A DNA stretch of 60,083 bases, the filler included, from Dugesia japonica (lineage: Eukaryota): the NCBI GenBank assembly GCA_001938525.1. It is 4 parts of 4 records of this genome, joined end to end, with 100 filler letters (N's around TTAATTAATTAA, not from the genome) between each part and the next. Parts side by side here need not be neighbours in the genome. Positions count along the whole stretch, not along the records: positions 1 to 25,744 come from MQRL01544292.1; 3 more parts are not named here. One strand, written 5' to 3'. Made by a program: the position numbers and the translations under genes. How positions within the stretch are numbered: position 1 is the first letter of the stretch; each line of letters begins with the position of its first letter. Below the pieces are notes generated by a model. It saw only the letters and a program-made list of their open reading frames with translations. It was not told the DNA's origin and ran no database searches. Shown in pieces: positions 1 through 14,889 of the stretch.

Positions 1-1619
1 CTGTGAATTCGGTTATTTCGTTGTTTTTGATTACCAATCATGATTTTCCTTTTCATTATTTCCTTCTTTTCAATTAATGATTTAGTTCCTCGGCCATCGT
101 TTATTATTTTCATTGTTCGGATTACCACTTCTTTACTTTGTCGGTTCGTTTTATTTCCTCGTTATCTCCTGCTGTAGTTCCAGTTCTTACATCCCTTATA
201 CGAGTTTTGACCTTCTNNNNNNNNNNNNNNNNNNNNNNNNNNNNNNNNNNNNNNNNNNNNNNNNNNNNNNNNNNNNNNNNNNNNNNNNNNNNNNNNNNNN
301 NNNNNNNNNNNNNNNNNNNNNNNNNNNNNNNNNNNNNNNNNNNNNNNNACATGCAATATATGACAATTATTTTTAAACATTTATAAAATTCATTGAAATT
401 ATTCGTTAAATCGTAAATATTTATAAAAATTACATACATTAATAATAATCAATAAAATAAATTTTAATAATATCCGTTTTTTAGTAATAATTGATAAACA
501 TTCCATTTCATTATAATATTTGTTCGAAGAAAAAAACGATTCGATTGATAATAAATAAACGTCACATCAATGCCTAAATGATATAAATTGATATAAAAAT
601 TGTCCAAATAAAGTTTGGCTAGTTGAATATATCTTGAATATTGTTGTTGGGTTGATTGATGTTTGAAGTTGGTGCTGGTTTATTTCTTTTCTATGTATTG
701 TTGTGTTGTGTATGCGTGTGTATATTATTGCATGTTGTCTGTGTTGTGTATGCCTGTGTATGAGTATTTGTGAGTGTTACCTGTGCTATCTGCCTTCCTC
801 AACATTCTGATAAAAACGACATTACCTATAGGTACCCATAATACAGTCAAATATTGAAAAAACGTAGAAATTTACTTATAAAATATTTATTATTATATCA
901 AAAAACGGATAAAGTTAGTATTTTTATTGCTAGGCTGCAACACAGTAAGTTTAAGTCTTTGCAATTTCAAAAATGGATAAAAAATGACAGTGTGAACACA
1001 GTATTTATACTATTTTTTACAGGAACAAGGAGTTTTATTATTTACAAATTTTCTAAAAAGGTACTTAATATTTTTCAAAATTATTACAATTTTCATAAAA
1101 ATCTTTTTACATTTAAATATTTTCATAAAAGCAAAATTGATTTCTTCACAAAGTCTAAAAATCATTTAAAATAAAATCAATTTGACTAAAATTAAAAATC
1201 ATTCACATTCAAGTATTAAGTCAGTTAATAATTTTTCACCCCTTTTTTTCAGAAATATAGAAATAAAATTATTAACATAATTATTAACTAAAATTATTCA
1301 CATAATTAAAAGTTTGATAAATAAATATAATTCAAGGATATGATAAATACAAATGTAATTCAGAAATTCATAAAATGAACATATCATAATAATTGAAAAT
1401 GTCATAACAGATCAGCGATTGATTTGTTGTTGGATTGATTATTTGGCAGATTGATCTTGATGATGTTGATTGTTTGATTAGTTTATTTGAAGTTCAGTTT
1501 AGTTGAATAGTGTTAAGGAATGTTAAGATCTTTATTCATTTATTCCATAGAAGTTGATTTGATAGAGATTTATTCTCATTCATTTATTTATTAAACATTT
1601 CTTTCTTTTATAGATTGTT

Positions 1620-1938
1620 AATAGCGTTGTTAATAAATCCCATACACCAATTGTTTTGCGTTTTAACCTTGTTTATCAATTTAAATATAATGGGTGTGAT
1701 GCCACATACATTGAAGAGACGGCCCGTCACCTCTGTACAAGAGTTCAAGACAATAATCGTTTTGGTGGTGGTAGTAATATTGCCAATCATAAAAATAGAA
1801 ATAAAAGTAAATGTAATGCGAATGTTGAAATTTGAAATTTTAAAATTTTGTCTAAGCAATTTAAGAATGACTGGGAGAGAGTGTTGTATGAAGTGTTAAT
1901 GATTAGATTTCACAATCCAAGCATTAATGTACATTAAT
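1620..1938 (+). mobile_element. Penelope-like element, degenerate GIY-YIG endonuclease 3' fragment
   Basis: Manual translation from 1671: VYQFKYNGCDATYIEETARHLCTRVQD...NFKILS...ERVLYEVLMIRFHNPSINVH. This matches the PLE GIY-YIG pattern (VY.F.C..C...YIGET.R.L..R), with one stop. Confidence 0.8.
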
Positions 1939-2239
1939 GCTCTTTCGAATAAATTGATTAAAAGTTTTTATTTTAAAAAAAAGTTTTTAATTTTAGAAAT
2001 TTTAATATTTTCATGTTTTTTTATAGGTTTTTATAAGTTTTGTATTTGGTTTTTTCAATATAATTTTCTATTTTAAATATTTTTGTGAAACGTTTTTCTT
2101 TGGTTTCTTTGATTTTTATAAGTTTCAAATAGTAATTTTAATAAAATATTATAGAAAAAAATTTTATTAGAATATAAATTAATTTTTTGTTGAAAAATTG
2201 TTTAAATTTAAATAATTAAGAATTATAACGATCTTACAT

Positions 2240-2790
2240 TCAGTATAATTGCTTGAATCTTTGTTTAAATAATATAGACAAAACAAATTCATATTTTTCA
2301 TTTTTATCTGATGATGACGATCGTGCCCTTTCGATCTGGCACTCCAACCCTCTGATCCTTGTGTTTTTCACTGCCAGCTGCAGACGAACAGTCTCATTTT
2401 CAGCCTCTAAACTCTTTATCTCATTGAGCTGCAGGTCCGTATCCTTCTCCATCATCACCCGCACATCATTCCATTCAATATAATAGCGCCCCGCCTCATC
2501 AATATAGGGCCATACATACAGAGGTCTTTTGAGTGATCGTTTGTTTTTCGTCATCTAATAAATGTCAAATAAATAATATTGATAAATGGGAATANNNNNN
2601 NNNNNNNNNNNNNNNNNNNNNNNNNNNNNNNNNNNNNNNNNNNNTTTTTTTTATTACGATTTCTTCTGCCTGCGGCCTATCATTTTATTTCCACCGCTTC
2701 ATAACGCGAACCAGGGAAGATGACCACCTAAAGTAAGTATCATTCCTCGTTCCAGTTATCGTCAAGCTCTATTAAGAATTCCCTAAATCG
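2240..2790 (-). pseudogene. Fragment of an uncharacterised repeated coiled-coil gene family (copy A)
   Basis: ORF 2240-2554 (DEAGRYYIEWNDV + coiled coil) resembles ORF 46473-46838 (DAGTFWIPWRNAV + coiled coil). DNA at 2655-2785 aligns by eye to 46950-47080. Confidence 0.5.
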
Positions 2791-5089
2791 TTGCCATACA
2801 TTTTCTCACTATAGGAACAGTACAAAATGTCTCCTTTCATGATAATAACGATATTGATGATATAAAAACGTACTAAAATACTGAATATTTATGCTATTTA
2901 ATCTAATTAACTCATTTGTGATTATATCATAATCTGCTGAATTACTTAACGGTGATAATATTTAGTTACAGTTTCATAAAAAATAAATTTAATATATTAA
3001 ATGAAAAGAAAGATGTAATCCGTTACAAATTCAATTAATTTATTAAATTTATAAAATGAACAAAATTAAGTAATGATTATGATGTTTATTACCAGACTTT
3101 TATTGTCGATAAAATAAGATAAAAATAAAATTAACAAAACCTGCAATGGTTATGCTTTAAAAAAATTTAATTCATAGCCAAACGAAATTAATAAAAAGGG
3201 AACATCGATGATCCTCTCCACATGACTGACCGAGCTCTACAGAACAGTTTCTCTTTCGAACATTAGCATTAATTAATTAATTTCTCCAAATCTACTATTC
3301 TCATAATTCTTTTACTTTATCCCCAAACATATTGATTTCTTTTTTGTCACATATATCTCTCGTATTGACATATAATTTCATATTCACATATCTCACGTCA
3401 ACTAGAATCATTTCCTTCGTATCGTTCTCTCCTGTCTTGCACAAATTGAGTTAAACATCAGTTCCCATCCCAAATCTTGTTCATAAATTCTTATCGACTC
3501 TATTTTCTCGTAAAATATTTTGATTTTGAAAAGAGCCCGGTCACTCAGGTGGAGACGATCTCTGGGAATGGCGCTCAGATAATATAATTAAAGCACAAGT
3601 TGAAAAATAAATATAACTTACTTTTTATTTATTTCTGCCACTATCTTCTCCAAAGTTGTTTAATTAGATTCGTAAATTTTTAGCACAAATTCTTTCACGT
3701 AATTAGCAAAATTTATCAATTCAACAATATCAAAATTTCTCAATTCAATGAAAATCAAGATTTATCAATGTAGTAATATAAAAAATTATCAATTTGGTAA
3801 TATCAAAAATTATCAATTTGGTAATATCAAAAATTTAATCTCAAATTATGCTCAATAATAACAAAAATTTATTTTCAACTTATGGCCAATAATAAAAATT
3901 TATTTTCAAATTATGCCATCTCGTCTTCTCGTCATCTGGTTTTATTTCTCGTTGCAACCGAACAAATTTTTGCCCTCGATTAGCCTGCCAATGATATTAT
4001 GATTTTCTCTCTCCGGACTTTCCGATTGGCTTCTCCTGTTCCGAATTCGGTGTGCGTATGTCAGTATTTTTGCACACGAACTCGGACTTTTCTGATTTAG
4101 AGAAGTTTCAATTGTCACCTCATGTGACCTCTGATTAATCTGTTGGTTTCCATGCAAAGTCCTGAATTAAACCGAGAGATCCAAATATGCGTGTGAAAAA
4201 TGGACATGATAATGAGGTCTTGTTTCTTGAATTTTACTTTATAAATTTTCATATTTAATTGGTTGCTTTCATTTATCAATTGAAAATTCTTTTCTGGATC
4301 TAATGGACATTTGATGTCTAATAGGTGGATTGTTTTCTTTTCATCGTTANNNNNNNNNNNNNNNNNNTACGTTCTTTAGAGTTATTGACGAATAATCAAT
4401 TTTATCAATTTCAATGATCAAGTCTGGAGATTTCAGACAGTTGACAATTTTTTAAGCATGTATTTTGTTTTTCAGTTGCTAAACTTTGATTAAATTTACA
4501 ACTTTGAAGACCATGAGGCATAGTTTCCTCTGCATCATGATAACGGCAACAAAGACGATCGTGCTGATTGATGATAAATAGATTAGCAAATTTGAACAGG
4601 TTATTTAAACGAGCCTTGTGAACGAAGTTCTATTGAAATTCATTGAATTTTTCACGATAAATCAATTTGTTGATGATTGGACCAAATTGAATAGTTGATA
4701 TGAGTATATTACTATGATTTCTCAATTCCCATTTTTCAAGATATGCGTTAAATAGTTTTATGTAAATAACACTAGCAAGTTCTTGTCGAAATGTGGCTTT
4801 CAGAATTCATGTACCTCGAATGTTTCTGATTATACGTAATGCTGGTTCTTCATCAATTATTTCAAATCAATTATTATGTCTAAGTTGCTCTCTTAGCTTA
4901 GATTCTTAAAATGTCGCTTTAAATGGAATTCCTCAATATTAGATAACTTTTCTTTACATATAAGACAGAAATATATATATATATATATATATATAAATAT
5001 AAAAAAGAGTTTTAATTCCCATTCTTTGATTTTTCTATTTTATTCTATATATTTTCTTTTCATTGTTTGCTTGAGTGACAGAAATATTT

Positions 5090-5460
5090 CTTAATTTTGT
5101 TGGGTATTTAAACTCAACAAAGAGATTTTATGGTTCGTATTTGAAACTATCGTAAATAATATAGGGGACTGATTTTACGGGTAGATACTGTATTATATAG
5201 GTGATATCTTTACTCAAAATTTTATAAATATAGTAATATAAGCATGACTCTGATCTTATATAAATAAATAATAACAACCTTTATCAAAGGTTTTATTTTT
5301 GATGTATAACAATATAACAGTTATGTCGTAAACCTTATTAGTGATATTTTAATTTGACACAAATCAGCTTCCCTGAGAGGTCAGTGTTTCTGCAAATGCA
5401 GAAATCTAATTACAACTAAAAAAGGCTGAGTATATATACTGATTTTATACGTACAACCCA
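5090..5460. repeat. Dispersed ~370-bp repeat, copy 1 (LTR/pLTR-like)
   Basis: Shares GGTATTTAAACTCAACAAAG..ATGGTTCGTATTTGA and CAGCTTCCCTGAGAGGTCA with 11045-11420, in direct orientation. Confidence 0.7.
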
Positions 5461-8400
5461 CCACCAAACCATTTAAAATTGTTAACGTATTTCAAAGATT
5501 TTTTTAAAAAAAAAAATTCATTATTAACTAATTGATTAAGTAAATAATTTCGTTTTTTTCTGGAGAATTCAATTTACATAATTAATTTGTTTATTTCTGA
5601 GAAAGATTTTTATTTACATAATGGATCAAAAGGATATGTCTCAAAAGATAAAAACTGTTGGATAGCTTTTTTCTGGGGGTGAAAATAATGAGTTTCGACT
5701 CTATTTATATTAAATCGTCGTCCATTATTTTCACACGATGGTTATATTTACTTTACGTATTTTTTCAAAAATAAAAAAAAATTGCCAAAATTCATTTACA
5801 AAATAAATAAAAATTTTGAATTAAAATTTCGAAATACATTAAAATCCATTTCCATTAAATTTAGAAAGAAAATAAAGATTTTATTATTTGTTCTATTAAA
5901 GTTCGTGATCGATTAGATTATTGATTCTAGATCAACAGATTTCCATTTAAAAAATAAGTAAAGAAAAATAAATTTTTTGTTAAGTCCATAAAAATAAAAT
6001 AAAATAATTGATAATTATAACCATAATAAAATAATAAAATACATAAATATGAAGTCAGCTGTATGTCCGGAAAATAAAGATTCGTAATTAGAATGCAAGA
6101 CTGTTGCGTTTACCCCTATAGCCGAGTTTTAGGAAAAAGCAATCATTCATGCTGTTAGATATTTAATTGAAAATCTGTCTATCGATTATATGTGCATTTT
6201 CTCTGGAAGTATAGAAAGAAAGTCGTCTATATCAGTGGTAATTCTGGATTACGAGGGCAAGGTTTAACTCCAAGGGGCTGAATCCAAATTTTCAGGCAAA
6301 ATTTTTATGATAACAGGAAAAAATAGTCTGAATCATGAAAATGAATATGAAATAAATAACATGATACAGCAGGAGATGAAGAATACAATTCTAATCCGAT
6401 ACGATTTCGTCCTAGAATTTAGCAGCCTAATGATTCCTAAATATCTATTAATGAGAATCAGGGACTTTGCTTATGCTAAAATTCTCGAGGCCAGAAAAAT
6501 TGAAGAAAAAATGATCAGCTTAGAAACTTTGACCATTAAATTGCGAATCAGCGATACAGATAATGAAACATTCAGTATTGGAGGATGCAAAGCGGTACGA
6601 GAAATCTAAGAGTAAAAAATGATGACTAAAACTAAAAGAATTATCATTGAGAATGTTTGTAATTGAATCATTAAGTGAATAACCTTTCAAAATTAATGTT
6701 TGGATGACGATATTTAACTGCTGTTTGAGAAAAGATATCATAATCCGGTGTTTTAGATGATCCAGGTCTATCAATTGTTTCTGATACATAAGATATTGAA
6801 GAATCAGCTACACTATGAATGTAGTTTAGTGACTACGAGGGAAATTGGATTCTGTAGTTAATTCAAAATAAAACTCACCTTCTAATTCTATTGGTAATTA
6901 AGATTTGCACTTAAGTTTTCTGATTTTCGTCTGGGTTATATCGAGAATGGATAAATAAAATTTCTCTTTGCGATGCTGATTATTTAGTTTCCTCACTGGT
7001 CGATTGTTAAAGATTTCTCAGTGAGGTGGCATTCAATCCGTGTAGGTAATTTTTCTCTTTGAAAATATGTGCCGATCTGACACAATGTTAAATTATTCGG
7101 GATTTCTGCTATTGATGTGCTTGATCAGTCCTGATTCGATTGTCTGAGATGTGTCAGGTAGTTTTTATTTTTAGATAGGAAGAATTTTTTATTTAAATTT
7201 TTGATAAGTTTCTTGAAAAATTGTATGTCGTTAAATTGGAAATTTGATTGATCGGATATTTTTTTCCAGTACGGATTATTTTCTTGAATTTATTTTTCTT
7301 GTTTATTGAGTTTTCTTATTTAGTAGAAAGATTGAAATGAAATTAATCTTGAAGTTCCAAATTTGAATAATTTTTTCGTCCGAATCTCGTGGAGTAGTTT
7401 TAACAAGTTTTGTTCGATAAGGATTTTTTTGGGTAAATTTTGTGATTTTTTTATTCTCCAAGTTCATTTTCTATTGGCTGTTTTGGATCACCTATTCGAG
7501 ATATTTTACACCAAATTATGTTTGATTGTTTGCAAAATTTAAATTTTCCAATGTAATTTATTTTTTTTGCTAATTATTTGTCTAATTTTTTAAAATTAGT
7601 TATCTTTATTTTCTATGATATGCTCAATCATTGCATTTACTCGTAGATTTTTTTTGATTTTCGGACATTTTACAATACTTTCGTTAGTCTTTATTGTTTT
7701 GATTTTTTAACAATATTTTTGATTATTTATTATTCGATTTCCTTATTGTTTTTTATTATTTTTGGCTTGCAATTTTTTGAGATAGATAGATTAAATTTCG
7801 TCCCAACATATCACTCCTGGCACTGTTTAGATTCGGTCCCCGAATCTGGGTTTATCAAAATATTAATTCTTGAATTGGATTGAGTTTCTCTACCATACGT
7901 GGTCACCAAACAAAGAAAATATAAATCATAAAAATACACATTGTTATTTGATGATATTATTGACAATAGAAAGATTGGAGTAACATAGTTACAAGATAAG
8001 ATAAGCTAGTTGTAAACAAGACAAGAGAGATTTTAAATAAATATATGTACATACATAGTAGGTATTGTAATTGCTACTTATTTCTTGTTATTAATTTACA
8101 GCCGAGATGAAGTTTTAAGTAGATAATCAATGATCTGATGTAATAAAATCACAAATAATATTAATTTGAATTAAATTCAAAAAAGTTATTAAATGCTTAG
8201 TTATAAAATTTCGTTTGTTAAAAAAGTACAGTAATTATTAAGTATATTTCAGGGAACATTAAAATTTTCTCGGATTGCTTCTTGAGAAAAATTGAGTAAG
8301 ATCGTTTTAATTCAATTATATAAAGAAAACCAATAAATAAATATCAAATCAAAATTATTTAAAAACCAATTTATTATTATTAGACCATTTTAATTGAGTA

Positions 8401-11044
8401 AACGTATTTTCAAATGATTGAAATTTTTTGTAAAGAAATTGTTTTCACTATTTATTTTCTTGTCAAATCTATTTATCTAGTAACATCTAATTGTTAATTT
8501 GTAGTTTATTATCAAATAATACTAAAATTCAATGAAGAAATTTTTATTTGTTGAATGCTCATATTGCATATTAACAAAAGATTTCCAGTACCGTGATGGT
8601 TAATTTCTTTATTATCGGTATTTCCAATATTCAAGATAAGCGTAATATATTTATGCAATATAAAGTTCTGATTAAAATAAGAAAAACAAAATATTTTTGA
8701 AAAATTAATTTGATATAAATTGAAAAAAAATGAACGAAACCAAAAACAAAAAATATGACGTGAAAAATAAAAAACCATTTAAATATTATTTTTGTCCCAG
8801 AAATAGTATGAATTATTCAAGTCATTCATCTACCGAAATTTTGTTAATAATAACTTTATTGCTGAAAAAACTGTATTCTTTAACACTGTTGGGTTGCACA
8901 ATTTTTAAATAACATTCAATTATATTTATATACCTGTCATTGTAAAAGTTTTTCCTTGTATAGTTAAATTTTTTTCCGATAACGTTTAGAAGCTCTTACT
9001 TTGATTTAATTTATTTGTTGACANTGTTTTAATTGAGTCTGACTTTTTCCTTAATTTTTGCTGAAAAACTTATCTTAATGATATTTACACTTTCTCTTCA
9101 TTGGTAATGATTTCTGAATTAGTCCATTCATCAAATAAGAAACTTAACTTTTGATTTTCGTTGTTTTAAAATATTCAGTTTTGTTGTAATTTTGTCTTAT
9201 TTTCACCATTATATTTCCTAAATAGCGGTTTCTTGGATTATTCGAAACTCCACTGGAAGATAGTTTCAATCTTATATAAATGGATTTGCTTATTATATCA
9301 AATTATCTCCCATCTCGACAAACTAATCGAGATAATATTACTTGTAAAGAATTTGCGGTTTTGGAATTAAAATAGTGGGGTAGACGCTAAATCATTTATT
9401 AAATGGGATTTAATGCTACCAATATTTATTTTTAAAAAAATTAAAATTTTCTTCGTATAATAACAATTTCGATTGTTTTATCTATTTGCAATATTTACTG
9501 TTACGAAAAAAATAATTCTTGAACCTTTGATAAAATTACCAGTCAAACTGAGTATGCACAAAAAATAATAATTACAATAATTAAAAAAATGGTATTAAAT
9601 AATTTACTATAATTTAACAACTTAACTTAATAAAAACTTTACAAAATAATTAATTTAACACTAATTTGAATTACACGATAAAAAATTTCCTTCTTAAAAA
9701 TTTTTTTAAACAGCCCACAAAATAAAATTGAAATAAAACCCAAACCAAAACAAAATCGTTTTAATTTCAAAATCTATTTAAAAATTCATCGCGTAATAAA
9801 ATTATTGCATAGTCCATTATTGAATTTTTCGATTTTTTAGAGCTGTAAAAGTAAACTAGATGACAGTTTTTAGATAAAGCTATATTGAATATTTCATTTC
9901 ACAATACTGGTTAATTTTTTGTAAAATAATTTTATTGGAGTGTCTTCTTTAATAAAGAATAATTTTTGCACATTTAATACATTTGCTTTCATGTTTGTTT
10001 TTTCACGAAAATAATTCCACACATTTCATTAGTATGGTTTTGAAATTTTGAAATTTTATCAATAATTTCTTTAATAAATTTTAAAGATTTCACAATGTTA
10101 GAATATAAAGTCAAATGAAGATCTTGACAGTTTTTTTTTGAAAGCTATTTAAAAAATTAGACTTGCGAATCAATATACTTAGAATGTTGGTATATGATAT
10201 TAAACACATTATTTTTAAATTTACACGTTTTCATAGAATTTAAATAATATATAATACAGAATTTAAATAATATAAAATTAATATTTTTTAATGAAAACTG
10301 AAACACAGAACAAAATGTACATATTTAAAAAATTTACTATATTGATTTAGCTTAAATGACATTACTCAAATAACACATTTAAATTTTTTAAATTTACAAT
10401 TTATAAAAGTTCAAAGCTAAACCAACACCATAAGCTAAGAGAAAATAAAATATTATTAAATAAATTTTTTGCTCGACAACTCTTGGTGTGGCATAAAATT
10501 TCAATTTGATAAATTTATAAGTCAATTCCGAAATACCTGTTTTCTTTGTTTAGGTAATACGGATAATAAATAATTGCACTGTGGATACAATAGCTTGTCC
10601 ATATCAAAATTTGCATTGATTTTCATGTTCCAACTTAATACGTGATAGAAATTTATTTATCAACTTGATATTATTTTTTCTCAGTAATTACTGGTATTAC
10701 TAGTTTTATTATGATCGGTAATAGTTCAGTATAAAAATAAAGCAAGAAAATATCTTAGGACGTATCTATTCACCACTTTTATGTTCCTTTAATCTAGTGG
10801 GGCGTATTTCTATTTGTTAACTTAGTTCTATCCTTATATCCTATAGTTTTTTTTACTTAAATAAATTATATTATTTTATTTTTATTTATTATTTTATTTT
10901 TATTTTATTTTTATTTTATTTTTATTTATTTTATTTTAATTACCAAAGAAATTCTGTTGAATCCGGTAGCGTCTCCTGGATCAATGTTGCGACAACCGGG
11001 GTGCTTGATGTGTAATTGTGTTAATTTAAAAGATGGTTGAAATA

Positions 11045-11420
11045 AATACTTAGTTCGGTATTTAAACTCAACAAAGTGATATTATGGTTCGTATTTGATA
11101 CTATTAACAAAAATGAATAATTTGTCTATGATTTTACGAGTGTTAATTTTATCCCTGTATATGTGTAGATACAATACTATATAATCTATATTTTACTAAA
11201 AACGTATAGATAGGGTAATATATTGTCTTAATTGCCTTATATAAATAAATAATCAAACACCTTTTAAATAGCCTTTATTTTTTGTATATAATACAATTTA
11301 ACGATGTCGTTTTAAATCCTTATTAGCTTTATTTTAATTTATCAGAGTACAGCTTCCCTGAGAGGTCATTGTCTCTGTAAATAAAAAAGTCTGTCTCAAC
11401 TAAAAATGCAGCCTGTTTAA
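11045..11420. repeat. Dispersed ~370-bp repeat, copy 2
   Basis: Diverged direct copy of 5090-5460. Confidence 0.7.
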
Positions 11421-11839
11421 ATACTATATTTAATAAACAGCTTCTACCTACTTAAGAAAATCAATTATTCTTTTAAACAAACTAAACAATTATTTTTTAC
11501 AAAATAAATTATTTTTTTACATTGTTTTTCCCAAAATAAAAATCAATCGGGTTTTGTTCAAGATCACTTATTATATTCTCAGTTAATTACAATAAAAATT
11601 AATCACTGTTTTTTCAAGATTACTTATTATATTTTCAGTCAATCAATCCTTTAAGAGAAAAATCAATTATTGACATTACACTATGCATTCAATTTAATTA
11701 ATAAAATAAATAATATTGAATACAAATAGACTTATTGCTACATAAAATAAAATAATATAAAATGTTTAGATAACAATGTTCAGATTAAAAATGTAATGTA
11801 ACGATAACGAATTAAAATGTCTAGATCAAATTTATATCT

Positions 11840-12930
11840 GCATACCTAAAAACCACAAGCATTTAAGGTACCTCTGTACCATGCCCCTCTTTTTCCTGGG
11901 TCCAGCGTTTAATTTGCAGTATCGCGTCTTATACTGATGTTAATCACATGGACAATTTGTTCATTTAATATTTGACTTTATAATTACACCGTGATTCTAC
12001 TTTATCGAACACAATTCAATGAACATCCATTAACGTTTATTTATATATTTACAGTTTTCTTTTTCATCGACTACCCTGCGTCCAGGTCAACAGTGTAGTT
12101 ATGCTCCTTGAATCCTCTGGCACGAGTCTATAGTACAGCCATAGTGTTCTTAAGGTGGCGAACATAAAGATCTTATAACTGACTTAACCCTGATCACTTC
12201 TTAAGAATAAAAAGAAATTGTTTCAGTTCTACGAAAACGAGATAATCATTCACATAAAATATTTCGATATTTGAATGGTAAGTTCGTGGTAATTCGACTA
12301 CCTTTTATTTACGACACGACTTATTGATAACAAACTATAATTAATGAAATAATTGTCTAGTGGAGATGTTGCTGGAAATAAATTTACTTTAAAACTTAAG
12401 TATTCCAACGTTTTATTACTAATTAATCTAACATGAGACAAAAAAATAGAAAAAAATAATAACACGATCAGGACACTCGGTAGATGTATGAAAAGTAATG
12501 ATTTTACGGGGATAATGTTAAACACAAAAAAATATTTTCTTTTCCAATAGTTTCTTTTTCCACAAATTGATAGATAGACTTGGTGATAAATATAATGATA
12601 ATTTCGTTTTAAGATGTCGTTAATAATTACAATAAAACAAAACAAAATTGGTTATAAGTCTGACCATTTTTTTCTTTGCAAAGAAGCTTTATTCCTCGTT
12701 TGCACCACAACTTCGGACGATTCATTAGTCCACCAACCATTATCTGTTATTGGTAAACCGTATCATCTGATTGGGTGACACTTACCATTAATCGATGTGC
12801 TTCTCTTCATTTTCTGTCTGGTGAGATGTTTCACGCCCACCAAGTCCGATGTACCCAATTTTTCAGTCAGTCACCTCGTATGACTTCTGAATAATCGGAT
12901 AGTTGCTGTGGAAAGTCCTTGTCTGAATTA
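11840..12930 (-). pseudogene. Fragments of the uncharacterised repeated family (copy B)
   Basis: 11845-11935 aligns with 46170-46260; 12869-12922 aligns with 4112-4165. Confidence 0.45.
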
Positions 12931-13226
12931 GGTTGAGGAAGTTGTTTTCGTTGTTCATTTTAGATTTTATTACCCTATTCAGACAAGGCACGATGACTGG
13001 ACCAGAATTAATTAACTTCATAATAATATCCAACGCTAATTAACGTTACAATAATAAATAAAACGGGTCGTAGAAACCCTTCAAATACAATATTATATTA
13101 TTATATTTTATTTTATTATTTAACTATTCATTTGCTTCTTGTACATATAATTTTCATTTCTGTGTCCCTAAATTAGGGTTTCTTATGGCCGATTTTTATT
13201 TTTTTCGATATTTTTATAATAATTCC

Positions 13227-13227
<1 letters not shown>

Positions 13228-13294
<67 letters not shown>
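13228..13294. repeat. (TAA)n microsatellite running into an assembly gap
   Basis: Perfect TAA run. Confidence 0.95.
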
Positions 13295-14480
13295 NNNNNN
13301 NNNNNNNNNNNNNNNNNNNNNNNNNNNNNNNNNNNNNNNNNNNNNNNNNNNNNNNNNNNNNNNNNNNNNNNNNNNNNNNNNNNNNNNNNNNNNNNNNNNN
13401 NNNNNNNNNNNNNNNNNNNNNNNNNNNNNCTTTTTCCTTTATTATTATTCTTTTTTGATAATCTATACACTTTCATTTTCCTTTCTTTTCTTCAGTTTAC
13501 TTTTTTGTTTTGATGTGTTCTAGCCCAACACTCCTATAAACTTGAATAATTGTCATATAAGTCTTATTAATTAGATCTAAATATAAAATATTTATAAGTA
13601 ACTTTCTTATTTCAAAAACCTTGTCGAACAAATAATTTCAATACGAATAAATAATCCAAACTCAAAAATTACTAGTGATTTTTAAATTATAGTAATTTTC
13701 GTTCTAAATAGTTCCTATTTAATTTTATACAGCACCATCCTCAAATTTTTTCAAATTTGTGGGCCTAGGTGCTCCTCACTAAGATTAAGACAGAAGATTA
13801 GTTGATTTTAAAACTCTACAATTTAATAATAACAATCTAAACCACCGAATATTATTGCAAAGTCAGATTTAAAATTATCACAATAATAAAATTAAAATAA
13901 AAATAATTTTATCACGTTATTTTTATCACAATTATTTTTTAAACTTTTATTTACAAACCAATAATAAAAAATTTATCATCAATGATAAATTATTTTTTCC
14001 TTTCAAAATCTAGTATTCTATTGAATAAGAAAGTGATCATAAAATTTCATATTTCTAACAATCTTTTAATCTTCAAGAGAGTTAGACAAATTTTATGGCA
14101 TCAATTGATTTGTTTATGTTGCAAACTATGCTAATTACGGTATTTTACAAAATATATAAATCTGTTAGAAAACTGTTTAAGAACCATAATATTTATTGAC
14201 GAAATCTAAAAAAGAATAATAAATATATATTTAACTATTATTTGAGCAATCAATCTCAATCAGCAAACAAATGTTTACAGTCAGATATTGATTGTACAAC
14301 ATATCGTTTTAATGATTAGTTAATAATTATTTATCCTTGTATTCACCTCTCTTTAAAGACTCCTAACTATATTTATCATAACTGTTTTACAATTTTCAAA
14401 TTAAATGTGATAACTCCTGTCATGTTTCTTTCTAATTATTATTCCTATCTTTAATTATTATTATATCTAATTAGTAGTGT

Positions 14481-14852
14481 GGCCACTTGTGAATTTTTTT
14501 TTACATAGAAGTATCACAGAATTTTTAGAAATTGTATAGATGTCACTAAATATTTTATAAAATTGCATAGAAGTCAATAATTTTTTTTATGAAATTGCAT
14601 AGAATTCACAAAATATTTTATGAAATTTCATAGAAGTCGATAAAGTTTTCAAAATCCTATGTAAAACAATGGGAAAATAATTAAAAAAAAGTGTATAGAA
14701 GTCATAAAATAAGTTTATGAAATTTCATAGAACTCGCTAAATATTTTTTGAAATTGCATAGAAGTCACTAAATATTTTATGAAATTTCATAGAAGTCGAT
14801 AAATATTTTATAAGATTGCATAGAAGTTATAAAAAAACTTTCACAAGTGGCC
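14481..14852. mobile_element. MITE-like element with internal ~30-bp tandem repeats
   Basis: Inverted ends GGCCACTTGTGAA / TTCACAAGTGGCC enclose about 10 copies of AAATT(G/T)CATAGAAGTCA..AAATATTTT. Confidence 0.65.
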
Positions 14853-14889
14853 CAGAGTGGATGCTTCCCACTACTCTAATTATTTTATC

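Noticed and set aside
6100-9420. Possible LTR retrotransposon gag/protease remnants and a PBS-like TGGTGACCACG near 7900 (minus strand)
   Set aside because: Too degenerate to support by eye; no clear LTR boundary.
13183-13523. Poly-Leu/poly-Ile ORFs
   Set aside because: Translation of a (TAA)n microsatellite and an N gap.
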